Assembly: GCA_963575745.1 (NCBI GenBank)
Contig: CAUYUJ010000148.1
Location: forward strand, 310,001 to 374,000
Direction of reading: 5' to 3'
DNA: 64,000 bases
DNA from: Prorocentrum cordatum
Lineage: Eukaryota
This document shows positions 62,901-64,000 of this stretch, piece after piece. Positions within the stretch are counted from its first letter, which is position 1; every line of letters starts with the position of its first letter. The position numbers and the translations under genes were made by a program. The notes beneath the pieces are model-generated. The model was not told the origin of the DNA. It saw only the letters and a list, made by a program, of their open reading frames with translations, and searched no databases.

Positions 62901-63389
62901 CGAGGGGGCAACGACGAACAATCCAGCGAGTCCGTCGGGACCTTTCGGCGGTCGTCTTGGTAGGATAGGCTGTGTTGCGACGACCTGTTCTCGCACAGTT
63001 CCATAGCTCGAAAGGACGAGGTGGCGTCGGAGAGGTGGGAGGACGAGGGGGCGTCGGCGGGGGGAGAGGAGGAAGGAGAAGGAGGGGGCAAGGGGGTGCG
63101 CCGGGAAGGGGACAAGAAAGGAGGGAGGTCAATCATAGCACGGCCTGATGCGTGGTGCGCGGACGAGAGGGGTGGGCCAAGTGCAAGTGCCGGCAGAGGA
63201 AAAGAGAGGTCGTGAGACCGAGGAGATGTCCTGCCAAAAAGAACGATGAATAATGGACAGGAAGGGGGTTGCTGGCCATGGCAAGCCTCAGGCACAAACG
63301 GAACCCCCGAACAGGGCCCGAAAACCACAGCCCATCCTGAACCAAAGTGGCCTTTGTCTTCAGCGTGTTAACTGCAACCCTCTCGCCTG

Positions 63390-63531
63390 ATAATGATGAT
63401 GAGTCTGCTGCTACTGGTACTGCTGCTGCTAATGATGATGATGCAGATGATGATGTGAATGGTGTTGATAACGACGATGCTGATGGTGATGATGGTGGTG
63501 ATGATGGTGATGCTGCTGATGATGAGTATGT

Positions 63532-63578
<47 letters not shown>

Positions 63579-63580
63579 AC

Positions 63581-63634
<54 letters not shown>

Positions 63635-63920
63635 GCTGGTGATGGTCTTGATGACGATGATGATGGTGCTGATGCTGCTGATGATTATGGTGGTGGTGAT
63701 GATGATGATGCTGATGCTACTGCTGATGATAGTGATGACAACGACGACGATAATGATGATGCTGATGATGATTATGATGATGGTGGTGGAAATGATGATG
63801 ATCATGAACATGATGATGCTGATTGCGAGATGCGTTTACGTTTGTATGATGATGCAGACTATGATGATGGTGGCGATGATGCTGATGACTATGATGACGA
63901 CGACGACGCTGCTGCTGACG
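63390..63920. repeat. degenerate (GAT)n microsatellite
   Basis: Direct observation. Confidence 0.95.
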
Positions 63921-64000
63921 ATCCATCTGGCGGTCCCGGGCCACCTGGCGGCCTGGATGAGCCTAGGGGCCCGGGGCCGCCAGGTGGCAAAATGGAATTC

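Noticed and set aside
1..64000. Hundreds of ORFs with poly-E/G/R/S/P/I/H/M runs
   Set aside because: These are translations of microsatellites and GC-rich repeats on overlapping frames, with no domain content.

Overview
GC-rich, repeat-dense eukaryotic genomic DNA. The GA/GC intron donors, AG|G junctions, (GGA)n and (CAT)n tracts and repeat families point to a dinoflagellate, probably Prorocentrum-like (inference). Almost all ORFs in the supplied track are low-complexity artefacts. The main real gene is a minus-strand TatD/TATDN2-like DNase, split into at least 14 small exons over about 40 kb (about 45118 to 5567). It carries an unexpected insertion of about four W-x2-L-x10-LG-x5-W repeats just after the HxH motif, and its introns use mostly GA/GC donors with short junction direct repeats. 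A duplicated copy of its ETD-bearing exon segment, reading ETN, lies downstream. Also present: an intact intronless ORF of about 241 aa and unknown function (55561-56286, minus strand) with a possible relic spliced leader, a decayed Penelope-like RT fragment, two decayed LINE remnants, several MITE/HINE-like short elements, and satellites with about 90-bp and about 148-bp units. Exon boundaries were read by eye and need transcript confirmation.
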